A stretch of 64,000 nt of DNA, from NCBI GenBank assembly GCA_041658255.1, contig JBBAAQ010000005.1, positions 1,544-65,543 on the forward strand, in the 5' to 3' direction. This DNA comes from Candidatus Woesearchaeota archaeon. GTDB lineage: Archaea > Nanobdellota > Nanobdellia > Woesearchaeales > UBA9642. A program made the position numbers and the translations under genes. The notes beneath the pieces were generated by a model, which had not been told where the DNA came from, did not search any database, and worked only from the letters and a program-made list of their open reading frames with translations. Shown piece by piece: positions 1 through 8,809 of this stretch; the stretch's first letter is position 1; every line of letters begins with the position of its first letter.

Positions 1-826
1 CGCCTTTACCTTCACGTCCAGGAACAGCGATAACCTTATCGTTAACTTTTAAGATGCCACTTTCAATACGCCCGACAGGAACTACACCAATACCGGTGAT
101 GTTATACACATCTTGAATTGGCATTCTGAATGGAAGTTCTGTAGGTTTCACTGGAACTTTCAAGTTATTGATTGCTTCAAGAAGTGTTGGACCGTTATAC
201 CATGGCATCTTGTCTGATTTCTTTATAATATTCTCTCCAAGTAATGATGCGAGTGGAACAAATGCAACATCTTCAACTTTCCAACCCGAAGCTTTGAGAA
301 GTGCAGAAACTGCTTTCTTGATACCTTCATAACGTTCTTGAGAGTATGCCTGCATATCCATCTTGTTGATTGCAACAATAAGTTGGCCGACACCAAGAAT
401 CTTAGTCAATCGTGCGTGTTCAATGGTTTGTGGTGGAAGTTCAGTAATACCTTCAGTACCTTTAATTTCGTTTGCTCCACAGACGAGAACTGCAGCATCT
501 GCTTGAGAAGCTCCCGTAATCATGTTCTTGACAAAATCCTTGTGTCCTGGTGCATCGATGATGGTGAAGTAGTATTTATCTGTCTCGAATTTCTTGTGTG
601 CAAGATCGATTGTAACGCCACGCTCTTGCTCTTCTTTCAAATTGTCCATGACAAATGCGAATTCGAACCCGCCTTTACCTAATTCAGCAGCCTTATCTTT
701 GAGCTTACGCATTGCTTGCTCATCAACATTTCCTGAATCGTAGAGTAATCGTCCGACTGTAGTTGATTTTCCGTGATCAACATGACCGACGAAAACAAGG
801 TTAATATGTTCTTTGTTTTTTGCCAT
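1..826 (-). CDS. tuf: translation elongation factor 1-alpha (aEF-1A), N-terminal part; the gene runs off the left edge
   Basis: Reverse translation from ATG (826-824) reads [28 protein letters not shown]...DAPGHKDF...NKMD, giving the GTPase G1/G3/G4 motifs. A GGAGGT Shine-Dalgarno (SD) sequence lies just upstream. It is absent from the ORF track because no stop falls inside the window. Confidence 0.95.
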   Translation of the reverse strand, partial: MAKNKEHINLVFVGHVDHGKSTTVGRLLYDSGNVDEQAMRKLKDKAAELGKGGFEFAFVMDNLKEEQERGVTIDLAHKKFETDKYYFTIIDAPGHKDFVKNMITGASQADAAVLVCGANEIKGTEGITELPPQTIEHARLTKILGVGQLIVAINKMDMQAYSQERYEGIKKAVSALLKASGWKVEDVAFVPLASLLGENIIKKSDKMPWYNGPTLLEAINNLKVPVKPTELPFRMPIQDVYNITGIGVVPVGRIESGILKVNDKVIAVPGREGKG

Positions 827-1034
827 TTTAAAGACCTCCTCTCCTAAACATCAGTATGATCTATACTGTATACACTTTTAGTATCTTAATATTCAACCCC
901 CACGGGATTTATAGTAGGAATTATAGACTATTTATAAATATTTTGATTTGGTGGACGGGCGGATGGGTGAGACAATAGAAGGGTGTTGTTATGGAGGGAT
1001 GGTGAGGAATGATAGAGTTTCTCGCCATATTTTA

Positions 1035-1670
1035 CTAATTCTCTAATCGTTTTTTACTCTCTGGTTCTGTAAGATAGTTGTTTTTAGTTATGACTTTTCT
1101 TTTTGTCTTCTTTTCTAGTGCAATTTTTGCATCTTTTGCTATTGTTCCACCCTCTTTAGATATTTCTTTATGTTCAGGAAATGTTTTAGGATTGGTTGTT
1201 TTCTCAATTTCTGTAGTTGATGCTTCTCCAAGCATTGAAAATATGAGTTCGAGATCAGTCATGTGATCTCTAAGATTCTCCCTTTTTAGTCCTTTATACT
1301 CTTTATATTCATTTGGCGTCATATCAAGAGCTGCCTTACTAATTTCTGCAGTAAGTATCGCAAAATCGCTCTGAGCAGCCACCCCGCGTTTTTTCCATTC
1401 ATCAGTCAAATCCTGTCTTACTGCAATCCCTCTTATCCGCTTGTCAATCCATGACTTAGAATATCCCTTCTTTTCATAGAGTTCTTTCATACGTTCCTGT
1501 GCAAGTTCAGGATTCTCAATTTCTTGAACACGTTCATAACCTATTTTTGCAAGCCATAATTTGAATGGTTCAACTTTTGGTGAAGAAATGGATTGAATGA
1601 TACGAAATGCACCTTCAGTATTAGTACAATCAGTTTCACGTAACTTTCCATCTTCCGCAATCAATTTCAA
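1035..1670 (-). pseudogene. Bro-N/DinD-like (phage antirepressor-related) protein lacking its N-terminal domain; 5'-truncated copy
   Basis: RIIQSISSPKVEPFKLWLAKIGYERV...LTDEWKKRGV...NLRDHMTDLELIF matches the middle and C-terminal parts of Bro/DinD-like proteins. The track start is a TTG, and the frame stays open upstream into the inverted-repeat junction with no ATG. Confidence 0.55.
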
Positions 1671-1705
1671 CTGTCCGATTTTATCGGACAGTTCAAGTTG
1701 TTGGC
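1657..1705. repeat. head-to-head inverted-repeat junction between two Bro/DinD-like gene fragments
   Basis: AACTGTCCGAT (1669-1679) and ATCGGACAGTT (1683-1693) form a perfect 11-bp inverted repeat (IR) with a 3-nt spacer, extendable imperfectly to ~23 bp. Both arms encode IGQ(L/F)KL(I/L)A on opposite strands. Confidence 0.85.
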
Positions 1706-1847
1706 TGTCGAAGGCGCAGCTAAACGCGGCGGTAAAGTTGCAGGTAATGCACGTAAAGAGACTGAGAAAGAAATCGGTCGCCCAATCACATCGACTGAAA
1801 ATTATATTTCTGAACCTGAGAAAAAGAAGAAATTAGAGAAAAAATAA
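1683..1847 (+). pseudogene. remnant of a second Bro/DinD-like gene (internally deleted, C-terminal tail)
   Basis: The frame reads IGQFKLLAVEGAAKRGGKVAGNARKETEKEIGRPITSTENYISEPEKKKKLEKK*. This parallels the tail GGTIAKDAKIALEKKTKRKVITKNNYLTEPESKKRLEN of the minus-strand copy. Confidence 0.5.
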
Positions 1848-1909
1848 TTTTTCGATTTGAAATTAGTATTTCGATACCTTTTTATATTTCTTGTTGTAGG
1901 ATAGATTGT

Positions 1910-3511
1910 ATGATTGATCAATATGATTCTGCAGCGCTTAATTTGTATAGTTTGGGCATGTCTATGGCTTTACATGGTAAAGATGTTCAAGGCAAAGTCG
2001 GAAAATTGTCTGTTTTTCTTGAAGAATTCAAATCAGGAAAATTTGAACATGTACAAGATTTCGAGAAAATATCTGGTGAAGTTCTTGGAGATCTAGAATC
2101 AATTAAATCATCAGCAGATAGACTCATACATCAAGGAATCACTGACTTAAATCAGGTAATTCCTATTTTAAGCGCGGTTCAATTAACTAAAGAAGATTAT
2201 ATCTTAGTAAAGGATGCCATTAAAGATATCACTAACTATATCCATAAAGTCTTAAGAGTCCATTACAGAAATGAATCGCGAACAATGTCAGGATTTCCTC
2301 CAACTGCAAGTTTTCTAGAACGCGTATTCAACAAAAACATTGAAAAAAGAGAAATATTAGAAGGAAGAACACTGCAATACCTAGACACAAGAACGAAACA
2401 GGCCAGAGATGAACTTATAACCTTTACACAACATCATTCGCAAGATTCGGCTTTAATCACAAAAAAAGCAATAGAATATATTCTACTCTTAAAAAAAGAG
2501 TTTGAACAAGAATTTAATATAGAAAAAGACACAGAGATACAAGAAGCATCACTAGAGAAAAACGAAGAAGAAATAAAGAAATATCCCCAACTTGAGCAAA
2601 CATTCAAAAAAATACATGAAACGTATGCAGAATTTCTCGCGAGAGATATAAGAGAAGCAAAAGAGGACAAAAATTTAGAAACATTTGGATTAGACTCTAA
2701 AAGCAATATTAAGAATACACAATTTATAAATCGTAATTTGCCGGGAAAGGAATTTCACGAACTATCTACACTTTTCAAAAGAAAAATTACATCAACTCAG
2801 CCGATTAGTACTGTGCTTGCAATACTTCAAATATATTTAGATATAAGACAATATTTAAAAAATAATGGAAAAACGATAGATGAGGAAGCGTATTTTAGAG
2901 ATGTTAAGAAAGTATTGGAAAGAAAAAGAGTTTTAGAAATAGGCCCCGGGGCTAATGGAGGAAATATTTTAATTTTAAAAAATTTTTGCAACAGTATAGA
3001 CGCTACAATAATAGATACCGGGCGCAACATGGATCCTTACAAGTTGGGAAATCACGGTGTTGAAAAAAAAGAAATGAACGCTGTTTTTCACCCGGCCGGG
3101 ATTAACACAATATATATAAATGATTTTAAAGATGAAGATTACGAAAAACAAATAATCAGGTTGTATAATGCTTTAAACAAAATAGGGCCGTTTGATATAA
3201 TAATAAGTGAAAGAGTTTTTTATGATGGGGATTGTGGTTCCATTGCAATGGAAATCGACGACAGAAGAAGAGACTGGAGAGATACGTATAAATATAATAC
3301 AGAAATGATATTTTGGTTTCAGTTTTATAATATATTTTTAAAAAGAGGAGGCATAAGCGCACATAACTTCGCCGGTCGTAGTGAAACTCTTTTTAATGAG
3401 TTATTATCTGGATTGGATAATAAGATACTTAACAAGATAAATTCGGAACATGTAAGCAAACTTAAATATATTGGTAATAATTATATTTTTACTTTATTCA
3501 CAAAAGAGTAA
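1910..3511 (+). CDS. hypothetical protein with a C-terminal class I SAM-methyltransferase-like region
   Basis: 533-aa ORF. VLEIGPGANGG resembles motif I (E/DxGxGxG), and FDIIISERVF resembles a post-motif typical of class I methyltransferases. The N-terminal two-thirds is helical and charged with no recognisable family. Confidence 0.55.
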   Translation: MIDQYDSAALNLYSLGMSMALHGKDVQGKVGKLSVFLEEFKSGKFEHVQDFEKISGEVLGDLESIKSSADRLIHQGITDLNQVIPILSAVQLTKEDYILVKDAIKDITNYIHKVLRVHYRNESRTMSGFPPTASFLERVFNKNIEKREILEGRTLQYLDTRTKQARDELITFTQHHSQDSALITKKAIEYILLLKKEFEQEFNIEKDTEIQEASLEKNEEEIKKYPQLEQTFKKIHETYAEFLARDIREAKEDKNLETFGLDSKSNIKNTQFINRNLPGKEFHELSTLFKRKITSTQPISTVLAILQIYLDIRQYLKNNGKTIDEEAYFRDVKKVLERKRVLEIGPGANGGNILILKNFCNSIDATIIDTGRNMDPYKLGNHGVEKKEMNAVFHPAGINTIYINDFKDEDYEKQIIRLYNALNKIGPFDIIISERVFYDGDCGSIAMEIDDRRRDWRDTYKYNTEMIFWFQFYNIFLKRGGISAHNFAGRSETLFNELLSGLDNKILNKINSEHVSKLKYIGNNYIFTLFTKE

Positions 3512-3513
3512 TT

Positions 3514-3522
3514 CTTTTTTTT
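3514..3522 (+). terminator. oligo-T tract after the 1910..3511 CDS
   Basis: The T-run starts 3 nt after the stop codon. Archaeal termination commonly uses oligo-T. Confidence 0.35.
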
Positions 3523-3651
3523 ATCCTCCCCGAATTTTTTTGACTTTATAATCCTCGAACTGTTTTCACTTAGTAGAACAAAGTAATTGGCATAACTTTA
3601 ATAAACTATAGCACTATATCCGTTTACTAGAAAGAGAAAAAATAAAAAAAT

Positions 3652-5832
3652 TTATTCAGACTGTTCGTCTTCGCTGCCCTTCAGTCCTTTACGGGTCCTT
3701 ATTTGGCCGATGATTTTCCCTTGGAGTTCTTCGGGGAGTTTTTCGAAGTTCTGGTCGATGACAAAGAAGTTTCCGCGTCCTTCAGTTGCAGACCGAAGAT
3801 CTGAACTTAATCCGAACATTTCACCGACAGGTAATTTACCCTTCACAACGATTTGTACACCTTCTTGCTGCATATCGAGGAGTTGTCCACGCTTCGAGGA
3901 AATCAATTTAGAGATCTCTCCCATGAAGTCAATTGGAGCTTCGAATTGAAGTACTTGGACTGGTTCAAACATTAATGGACCAGCAGTCATCATTGCACCA
4001 CGGATACTGTCACGAACAGCAGGATATACCTGCGCTGGTCCGCGATGGATTGCATCCTCATGCAATTTAACATCATCCAAAGTGACTTTGACGCCAATAC
4101 AAGGATCTTTTGCGAGTGGACCTTTAGTCATAACATCTTCAAACATGTCACAGACCATTTCCATGATTTCACCAATGTGAACGATACCGCGGGTTCCGTC
4201 AATGAGCATATTCCCTTTATAGACATCTTTGACTTTTCTCGACTCCTTAGTTTCCATGTTTGCTTCTTCAAGTACGCCCCAGAGGTCCTGTAAGTTCTTC
4301 TTCGGCCTACCTTCAGGAAGTGCTCCGGATTTTATTGCAGCACGTAATTCGTCGCTGAGTGGTTCTACACGGAAGTAAAATTTGTTGTGTTTGTTTGGAG
4401 ATTTACCTTCATAGACATCAGGACTTTTCTTTGTTATAGTTTCACGATAGACAACAATGGGCGGTGATGATTGGATTTCTACACCTTTCTCGCTCTTAAT
4501 CCTGTTTTCGATAATTTCTAAGTGAAGTTCACCCATTCCTGCCATCAAATGTTCGCCTGTTTCCTTATTAATTTCAATACGGATACTGGGGTCTTCTTTA
4601 GATATTTGGATGAGTACTTCTACAAGTTTTGGAAGATCGCTTGGGCGTTTTGCTTCAATGGCTTTAGTCATGACTGGTTCGAAAATGTGGGTGATTGCTT
4701 CGAATGGATCGATTTCACCAACAGAAACTGTCTCTCCCGGGTATGCGCCGCGAAGTCCAGAGACACCAATAATATTTCCTACAGGAATATTATCGACAAT
4801 TTCACGTTTAGCACCATTATAGATAAAGAGTTGTTGTACGCGAACATCAGTTTTTGCTCTATTCAATCGGACAGTTTCTCCTTTACGCATGGTTCCACTA
4901 AAGATTCGTCCAGCGCAGATTTCTCCTGCCTGCGGATCAATAGTCATTTTTGTAACAACAAAAACTGCAGGGCCTTTTGGGTCTGCATGCATAAGTGATT
5001 TTCCTTCTGGACTTTCAACATCTCCATGCCAAATTTTTGGAATGCGATATACTTGCGCTTGCCTTGGGTCAGGATGGTGTTTGATGACTGCGTCTAGGAT
5101 AACTTCGTGGAGCGGAGCTTTCTGTTTGAGTTCCTTCCATTTATCATTTTCATAGGCATCAATAATATCCTTAAAACTAATACTCTTCTTTTTCATGTAG
5201 GGAACAGAGAGTGCCCAATTATGGAATGCAGAGCCAAAACAAACACTACCATCAAGAACATTTACTTGCCATTTAGCGCCCATGTCTGGCGAGAGATCCA
5301 TGATAAGTTTATTCACATGATTAATGATTTTCATGAATCGTTCCTGCATTGCTTCAGGAGTAAGTTTGACTTCTTTGATAAGTCGGTCCACTTTGTTGAT
5401 AAAAAGTATTGGTTTAACACGTTCACGAAGTGCTTGTTTAAGTACTGTTTCTGTCTGCGGCATGATGCCTTCAACAGCGCAGCATAATACGATTGCACCA
5501 TCAACTGCGCGCATTGCACGGGTAACGTCACCACCAAAATCCACATGTCCTGGTGTATCGATTAAGTTAATCAAATATTCAGTATGTTCGATCATGTGTA
5601 CCATGGATACGTTTGCAGCGTCAATTGTAATACCACGTGTTTGTTCATCTTCGTGAAAATCCAGAGCGCATGCTTTACCGGCAAGATCCTGCGACATCAT
5701 TCCTGCACCCCATAAGAGATTATCTGAAAATGTTGTTTTTCCGTGATCAATATGCGCGCAGGTAGCAATATTTCTAATGTTTTCTACAACACCAGCAATT
5801 CTCATAACCTTATCAACAGTTTTTTCTCCCAT
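3652..5832 (-). CDS. fusA: translation elongation factor 2 (aEF-2)
   Basis: 726 aa. AHIDHGKTT, DTPGHVDF and NKVD GTPase motifs are present, and HEDAIHRGPAQ is the diphthamide-histidine loop typical of archaeal and eukaryotic EF-2. Confidence 0.97.
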   Translation of the reverse strand: MGEKTVDKVMRIAGVVENIRNIATCAHIDHGKTTFSDNLLWGAGMMSQDLAGKACALDFHEDEQTRGITIDAANVSMVHMIEHTEYLINLIDTPGHVDFGGDVTRAMRAVDGAIVLCCAVEGIMPQTETVLKQALRERVKPILFINKVDRLIKEVKLTPEAMQERFMKIINHVNKLIMDLSPDMGAKWQVNVLDGSVCFGSAFHNWALSVPYMKKKSISFKDIIDAYENDKWKELKQKAPLHEVILDAVIKHHPDPRQAQVYRIPKIWHGDVESPEGKSLMHADPKGPAVFVVTKMTIDPQAGEICAGRIFSGTMRKGETVRLNRAKTDVRVQQLFIYNGAKREIVDNIPVGNIIGVSGLRGAYPGETVSVGEIDPFEAITHIFEPVMTKAIEAKRPSDLPKLVEVLIQISKEDPSIRIEINKETGEHLMAGMGELHLEIIENRIKSEKGVEIQSSPPIVVYRETITKKSPDVYEGKSPNKHNKFYFRVEPLSDELRAAIKSGALPEGRPKKNLQDLWGVLEEANMETKESRKVKDVYKGNMLIDGTRGIVHIGEIMEMVCDMFEDVMTKGPLAKDPCIGVKVTLDDVKLHEDAIHRGPAQVYPAVRDSIRGAMMTAGPLMFEPVQVLQFEAPIDFMGEISKLISSKRGQLLDMQQEGVQIVVKGKLPVGEMFGLSSDLRSATEGRGNFFVIDQNFEKLPEELQGKIIGQIRTRKGLKGSEDEQSE

Positions 5833-5919
5833 AATTTTTTAGGAAACAGTGTTTGCCTGTTCCTACCTCCGTGTTTTTTAATAATTGTTAGTCTATATTG
5901 ATTATAATAAATAAAAAAA

Positions 5920-6453
5920 TTAAAAGACAAAAACTTCATGCACTGTTTTGTAACTGTGCAATTCTTCAGGTGTGAACCAGAGATTAATCTCATAGGTTGC
6001 TTCTTCGGGTTTTCCTGATGCATGAATGAGATTTATAACTGAAGTGTTTTTCTTATCTGCAAATCCGTAGGAATGTTGCGCGAAATCACCGCGGATAGTT
6101 CCGGGTAATGCAGATTTTGGTTCTGTTGGTCCAACCATCTTCCTTACAAGTTCAACAGCATCAACACCTTCAAGCACTAATGCAACGACTGGTCCTGAAG
6201 TAAGATACTTGAGGAGGTCGCGAAATACGCGTGGTCCTTTACGTTCTTCAACATCAAAATAATGTTTTTTTGCAAACGCTTCATCAACCCACTGCATTTT
6301 CATACCAACGATTTTAAGACCACAATCTTCAAACCGTTGGATAATACGTCCAATTACTTGGCGTTGGACACCATCAGCTTTGATGAGTACGAGTGTTCTT
6401 TCGATTTTTGATTTCATTGCTTGTTCATTGACATCAGGATTTGCTTTTACCAT
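5920..6453 (-). CDS. ndk: nucleoside diphosphate kinase
   Basis: ERTLVLIKADGVQR...GPVVALVLEG...GTIRGDF...NLIHASG (active-site His). I prefer the ATG at 6453-6451, preceded by AAGGTGGA, over the GTG at 6471 used by the track. Confidence 0.92.
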   Translation of the reverse strand: MVKANPDVNEQAMKSKIERTLVLIKADGVQRQVIGRIIQRFEDCGLKIVGMKMQWVDEAFAKKHYFDVEERKGPRVFRDLLKYLTSGPVVALVLEGVDAVELVRKMVGPTEPKSALPGTIRGDFAQHSYGFADKKNTSVINLIHASGKPEEATYEINLWFTPEELHSYKTVHEVFVF

Positions 6454-6463
6454 AGTATCCACC

Positions 6464-6661
6464 TTATTCACTAGCTACGTTTTCTACCTTCTTTATTTTC
6501 GGTACATCAGTCCATTTTATTTCACGGGGGATGCGGCCAAGTTTTAAGAGGTTCTTTTCGCATTTGTTTGAACAAAAATAAAGGATTTGACCTGATACTT
6601 TAACAAACATCTTTCCAGTTCCTTTATGAAGTTCATTGTTACAAAATGAGCATTTAACCAT
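6464..6661 (-). CDS. rpl24e: 50S ribosomal protein L24e
   Basis: MVKCSFCNNELHKGTGKMFV...FCSNKCEKN zinc-ribbon L24e signature. The ATG at 6661-6659 is preceded by AAGGTGGA. Confidence 0.9.
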   Translation of the reverse strand: MVKCSFCNNELHKGTGKMFVKVSGQILYFCSNKCEKNLLKLGRIPREIKWTDVPKIKKVENVASE

Positions 6662-6696
6662 TGATTCCACCTTGTGTGTGCTGCTGACGTATCAGT

Positions 6697-7008
6697 TTAT
6701 TGATTTCCTCGACCCATCTTATTAAGTGGCCTGGCTTCAATTTCAGTTTCTCTGAGCATTAAAATATCGCCGAGTTGTACGGGTCCGCGAACATTTCTGC
6801 GCATGGTCTTGTTCTTGTCTCGTCCATCAAGGATTTTGACGCGAACTTGTGTTGCTTCTCCTCTTGTTCCTGTTCTGCCAACAATCTCTTCGACACGTCC
6901 GGGGACTGCGTAAGTAAAATTGACTGAACCTTTAATCTCAGCTGGAGCAGCGGGTGCTGCGTCTTGACCTTTTACTGGTCTTTGTTGTTGTGGTTTTGGT
7001 GCTGCCAT
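6697..7008 (-). CDS. rps28e: 30S ribosomal protein S28e with an N-terminal Pro/Gln/Ala-rich extension
   Basis: [26 protein letters not shown]...[22 protein letters not shown] is the S28e core. About 30 extra N-terminal residues are present. Confidence 0.9.
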   Translation of the reverse strand: MAAPKPQQQRPVKGQDAAPAAPAEIKGSVNFTYAVPGRVEEIVGRTGTRGEATQVRVKILDGRDKNKTMRRNVRGPVQLGDILMLRETEIEARPLNKMGRGNQ

Positions 7009-7016
7009 GGTACACC

Positions 7017-7319
7017 TTAATCTTTAAGGAGATTCTTTGCGTCTCCAAGATCAGTAATGGCAACTGCGGCAGTAGGTTTCGTAAGTCCTGCTGCTGCGCC
7101 AAGTTCTTCTTTACTGGGAACTTCAAAGCACGGTATTCCTTTTTCTTTTGCAAGAAGCGGAAGATGCATGATGATCTCTTTAGGGTTAACATCTGTTGCA
7201 TAGACAATTGCTTTTGCAAATCCACGTTCAAGAAGTTTTGTCACTTCATTCGTTCCCTTCTTAATCTTTCCGCTCTTCCGAGCGATTTCAACAATATCAT
7301 ATCCTTTATGGTCTGCCAT
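7017..7319 (-). CDS. rpl7ae: 50S ribosomal protein L7Ae (K-turn binding protein)
   Basis: [27 protein letters not shown]...[15 protein letters not shown]...ELGAAAG. The ATG at 7319 is preceded by GGAGGAAC; the track start at 7355 adds an implausible leader. Confidence 0.92.
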   Translation of the reverse strand: MADHKGYDIVEIARKSGKIKKGTNEVTKLLERGFAKAIVYATDVNPKEIIMHLPLLAKEKGIPCFEVPSKEELGAAAGLTKPTAAVAITDLGDAKNLLKD

Positions 7320-7360
7320 TTTAGTGTTCCTCCGAGGTGATATTAGAATAAACATCCCTC

Positions 7361-7386
7361 ATTCAGCCCATGTGGGCTTCATTAAT
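7361..7386 (-). promoter_or_regulatory. box C/D-like (K-turn-like) hairpin in the rpl7ae leader
   Basis: The minus-strand RNA reads AAUGAAGCCC-ACAU-GGGCUGAAU. A 5' GA and a 3' CUGA could form tandem G.A pairs stacked on a GCCC/GGGC stem. The flanking canonical stem is weak. Confidence 0.25.
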
Positions 7387-7394
7387 CACAGGTA

Positions 7395-7436
7395 TAGCAA
7401 ATAACATTATCGACTTTAAATTGAAGTTATTTGCTA
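7395..7436. repeat. perfect 11-bp inverted repeat TAGCAAATAAC / GTTATTTGCTA
   Basis: Arms at 7395-7405 and 7426-7436 with a 20-nt spacer, in the divergent rpl7ae / 7669 intergenic region. Confidence 0.85.
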
Positions 7437-7437
7437 G

Positions 7438-7483
7438 ATAGTAAATTACTTTCAAATGTATATAGCCAAAAGTAATTTACTAT
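7438..7483. repeat. perfect 15-bp inverted repeat ATAGTAAATTACTTT / AAAGTAATTTACTAT
   Basis: Arms at 7438-7452 and 7469-7483 with a 16-nt loop, immediately following the previous hairpin. Confidence 0.85.
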
Positions 7484-7635
7484 AAACCCAAGAAATAGGG
7501 ATTGTTTTATAAATATTGTTGTTGAGGTGACGTGCAACATTGCAAAGCAAAAAATTTCGAAGAGTTGGAGAATGAGCATTAAAATAAAACTAGATAGATA
7601 TTATTTTTAATTTTTAAGTAGTAACGATAGAAAAA

Positions 7636-7643
7636 TTTATAAA
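7636..7643 (+). promoter_or_regulatory. TATA box TTTATAAA
   Basis: It ends 25 nt before the ATG at 7669. The same octamer lies 21-26 nt before several other first-gene ATGs in the window. Confidence 0.5.
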
Positions 7644-7668
7644 GGAAATATTCTTTCTAATTAGCATT

Positions 7669-8064
7669 ATGGCAGAAACAATAGCAGATGCGTGTGCTCC
7701 TGGAGAAAAGAAATGGCACTGGTATAATGTTCAAGCAGATTTAGTTAAACAAGGCGGATTAGAAAACAGGGAAGTAATGATTAATCCTCTTTCTGTTCAT
7801 GAGCACGGATGTGGGGGCGAACATAAAGGAAATCCATTTTACATAACATGGATTCCTGATACATTCCTTCTTGTAACTGCTAAAGAATATGATCAAGCAT
7901 TAGTTGATGCCTTTGCAAAAGTTGTAGAGTATAAACCATTCGCAAAATATAAGGAACCAGATAATGGAATGATAACAACCGAATGGGATAGAATTAATCC
8001 AAATGACAGATATCAAGAGCTTCAGAAAGAAGGTAGATTAGAATTAACTAAACTTTTAGAGTAA
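7669..8064 (+). CDS. hypothetical protein
   Basis: 131-aa ORF with a TATA box at the expected distance. No family was recognised. Confidence 0.55.
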   Translation: MAETIADACAPGEKKWHWYNVQADLVKQGGLENREVMINPLSVHEHGCGGEHKGNPFYITWIPDTFLLVTAKEYDQALVDAFAKVVEYKPFAKYKEPDNGMITTEWDRINPNDRYQELQKEGRLELTKLLE

Positions 8065-8256
8065 ATGTTTTGAACGCATATTTTTCAAATTAATTCTTTT
8101 ATAAGTCATTGTCCAATTAGTCTATCAATTGTGACTAATATCTATTAAACATAAAACAGTATCTCATTTATTGTCAGTTACTCCCGAAACTATTTTTTCC
8201 GCAACCTTTTTATACTCCTTTATTCAAGGAACATCTATTATCCATTTCGAGGTGGT

Positions 8257-8670
8257 ATGATGGCAGTGATTGATATGTTGACCGGCGGCCTTATCGGCGC
8301 GATGATTGGAGCAGCAGTTGCAACAATGGTTTTTGGCGCGATTGCGTTATACATCTATTTTGCATTTGTATTCTCTACACTTGCAAATAAAATGAAACAT
8401 AAAGATATTGCATGGCTTGCATGGGTGCCAATCGCAAATCTTGCATTAATCCCAATCCTTGCAAAAAAGAAGTGGCCTTGGGTTTTTATCTTCCTTGTTC
8501 CATTTGCAAATATCGTATTCTTTATTATCTGGACGTGGAAGATTTATGAATTCAGAAAATATCCTGGCTGGCTTGCATTACTCCCTGTCTTGTTCTTCTT
8601 CCCTGTGCTTGGATTTATTGCAGGTATTGGCGAACTTGTGATGTGGGGGATTGTTGCCTGGAGAGATTAA
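8257..8670 (+). CDS. small multi-pass membrane protein (DUF5684-like)
   Basis: AWLAWVPIANLALIPILAKKKWPWVFIFLVPFANIVFFIIWTWKI resembles the widespread small membrane-protein family with a repeated (I/V)P(I/F)xN motif. GAGGTGGT SD upstream. Confidence 0.65.
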   Translation: MMAVIDMLTGGLIGAMIGAAVATMVFGAIALYIYFAFVFSTLANKMKHKDIAWLAWVPIANLALIPILAKKKWPWVFIFLVPFANIVFFIIWTWKIYEFRKYPGWLALLPVLFFFPVLGFIAGIGELVMWGIVAWRD

Positions 8671-8674
8671 AGAA

Positions 8675-8695
8675 TTTTATTTTTTTTTATTTTTC
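8675..8695 (+). terminator. oligo-T tracts after 8257..8670
   Basis: TTTTATTTTTTTTTATTTTT starts 5 nt after the stop codon. Confidence 0.4.
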
Positions 8696-8809
8696 TTAAA
8701 CATGCAGCAAGAATAATATTACACAATATAAAAAATATTTTTAGAAGACTTTTTCACTGGAGCCGTTCGAATCACAACCTTCATAAACCCTAAACACCCT
8801 ATATATCCT

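Noticed and set aside
1597-1836. 79-aa plus-strand track ORF across the Bro-fragment junction.
   Set aside because: It is in a different frame from the one that shows homology to the Bro/DinD-like C-terminus, and it partly overlaps the minus-strand fragment.
3710-5656. Multiple 70-158-aa ORFs on the plus strand inside the aEF-2 gene. Similar shadow ORFs lie inside pyk, ppsA, rfcL, the pilus ATPase and the giant adhesin gene.
   Set aside because: They overlap confidently identified long CDSs on the opposite strand or in another frame. Their composition is skewed (Ser/Phe/Cys-rich) and no motifs are recognisable, so they are typical antisense or off-frame shadows.
5840-5870. Imperfect hairpin GGAAACAG-N7-CTGTTCC between ndk and fusA as a regulatory element.
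   Set aside because: It is only ~7 bp and one arm is shorter by a base, which is within chance expectation for this sequence length.
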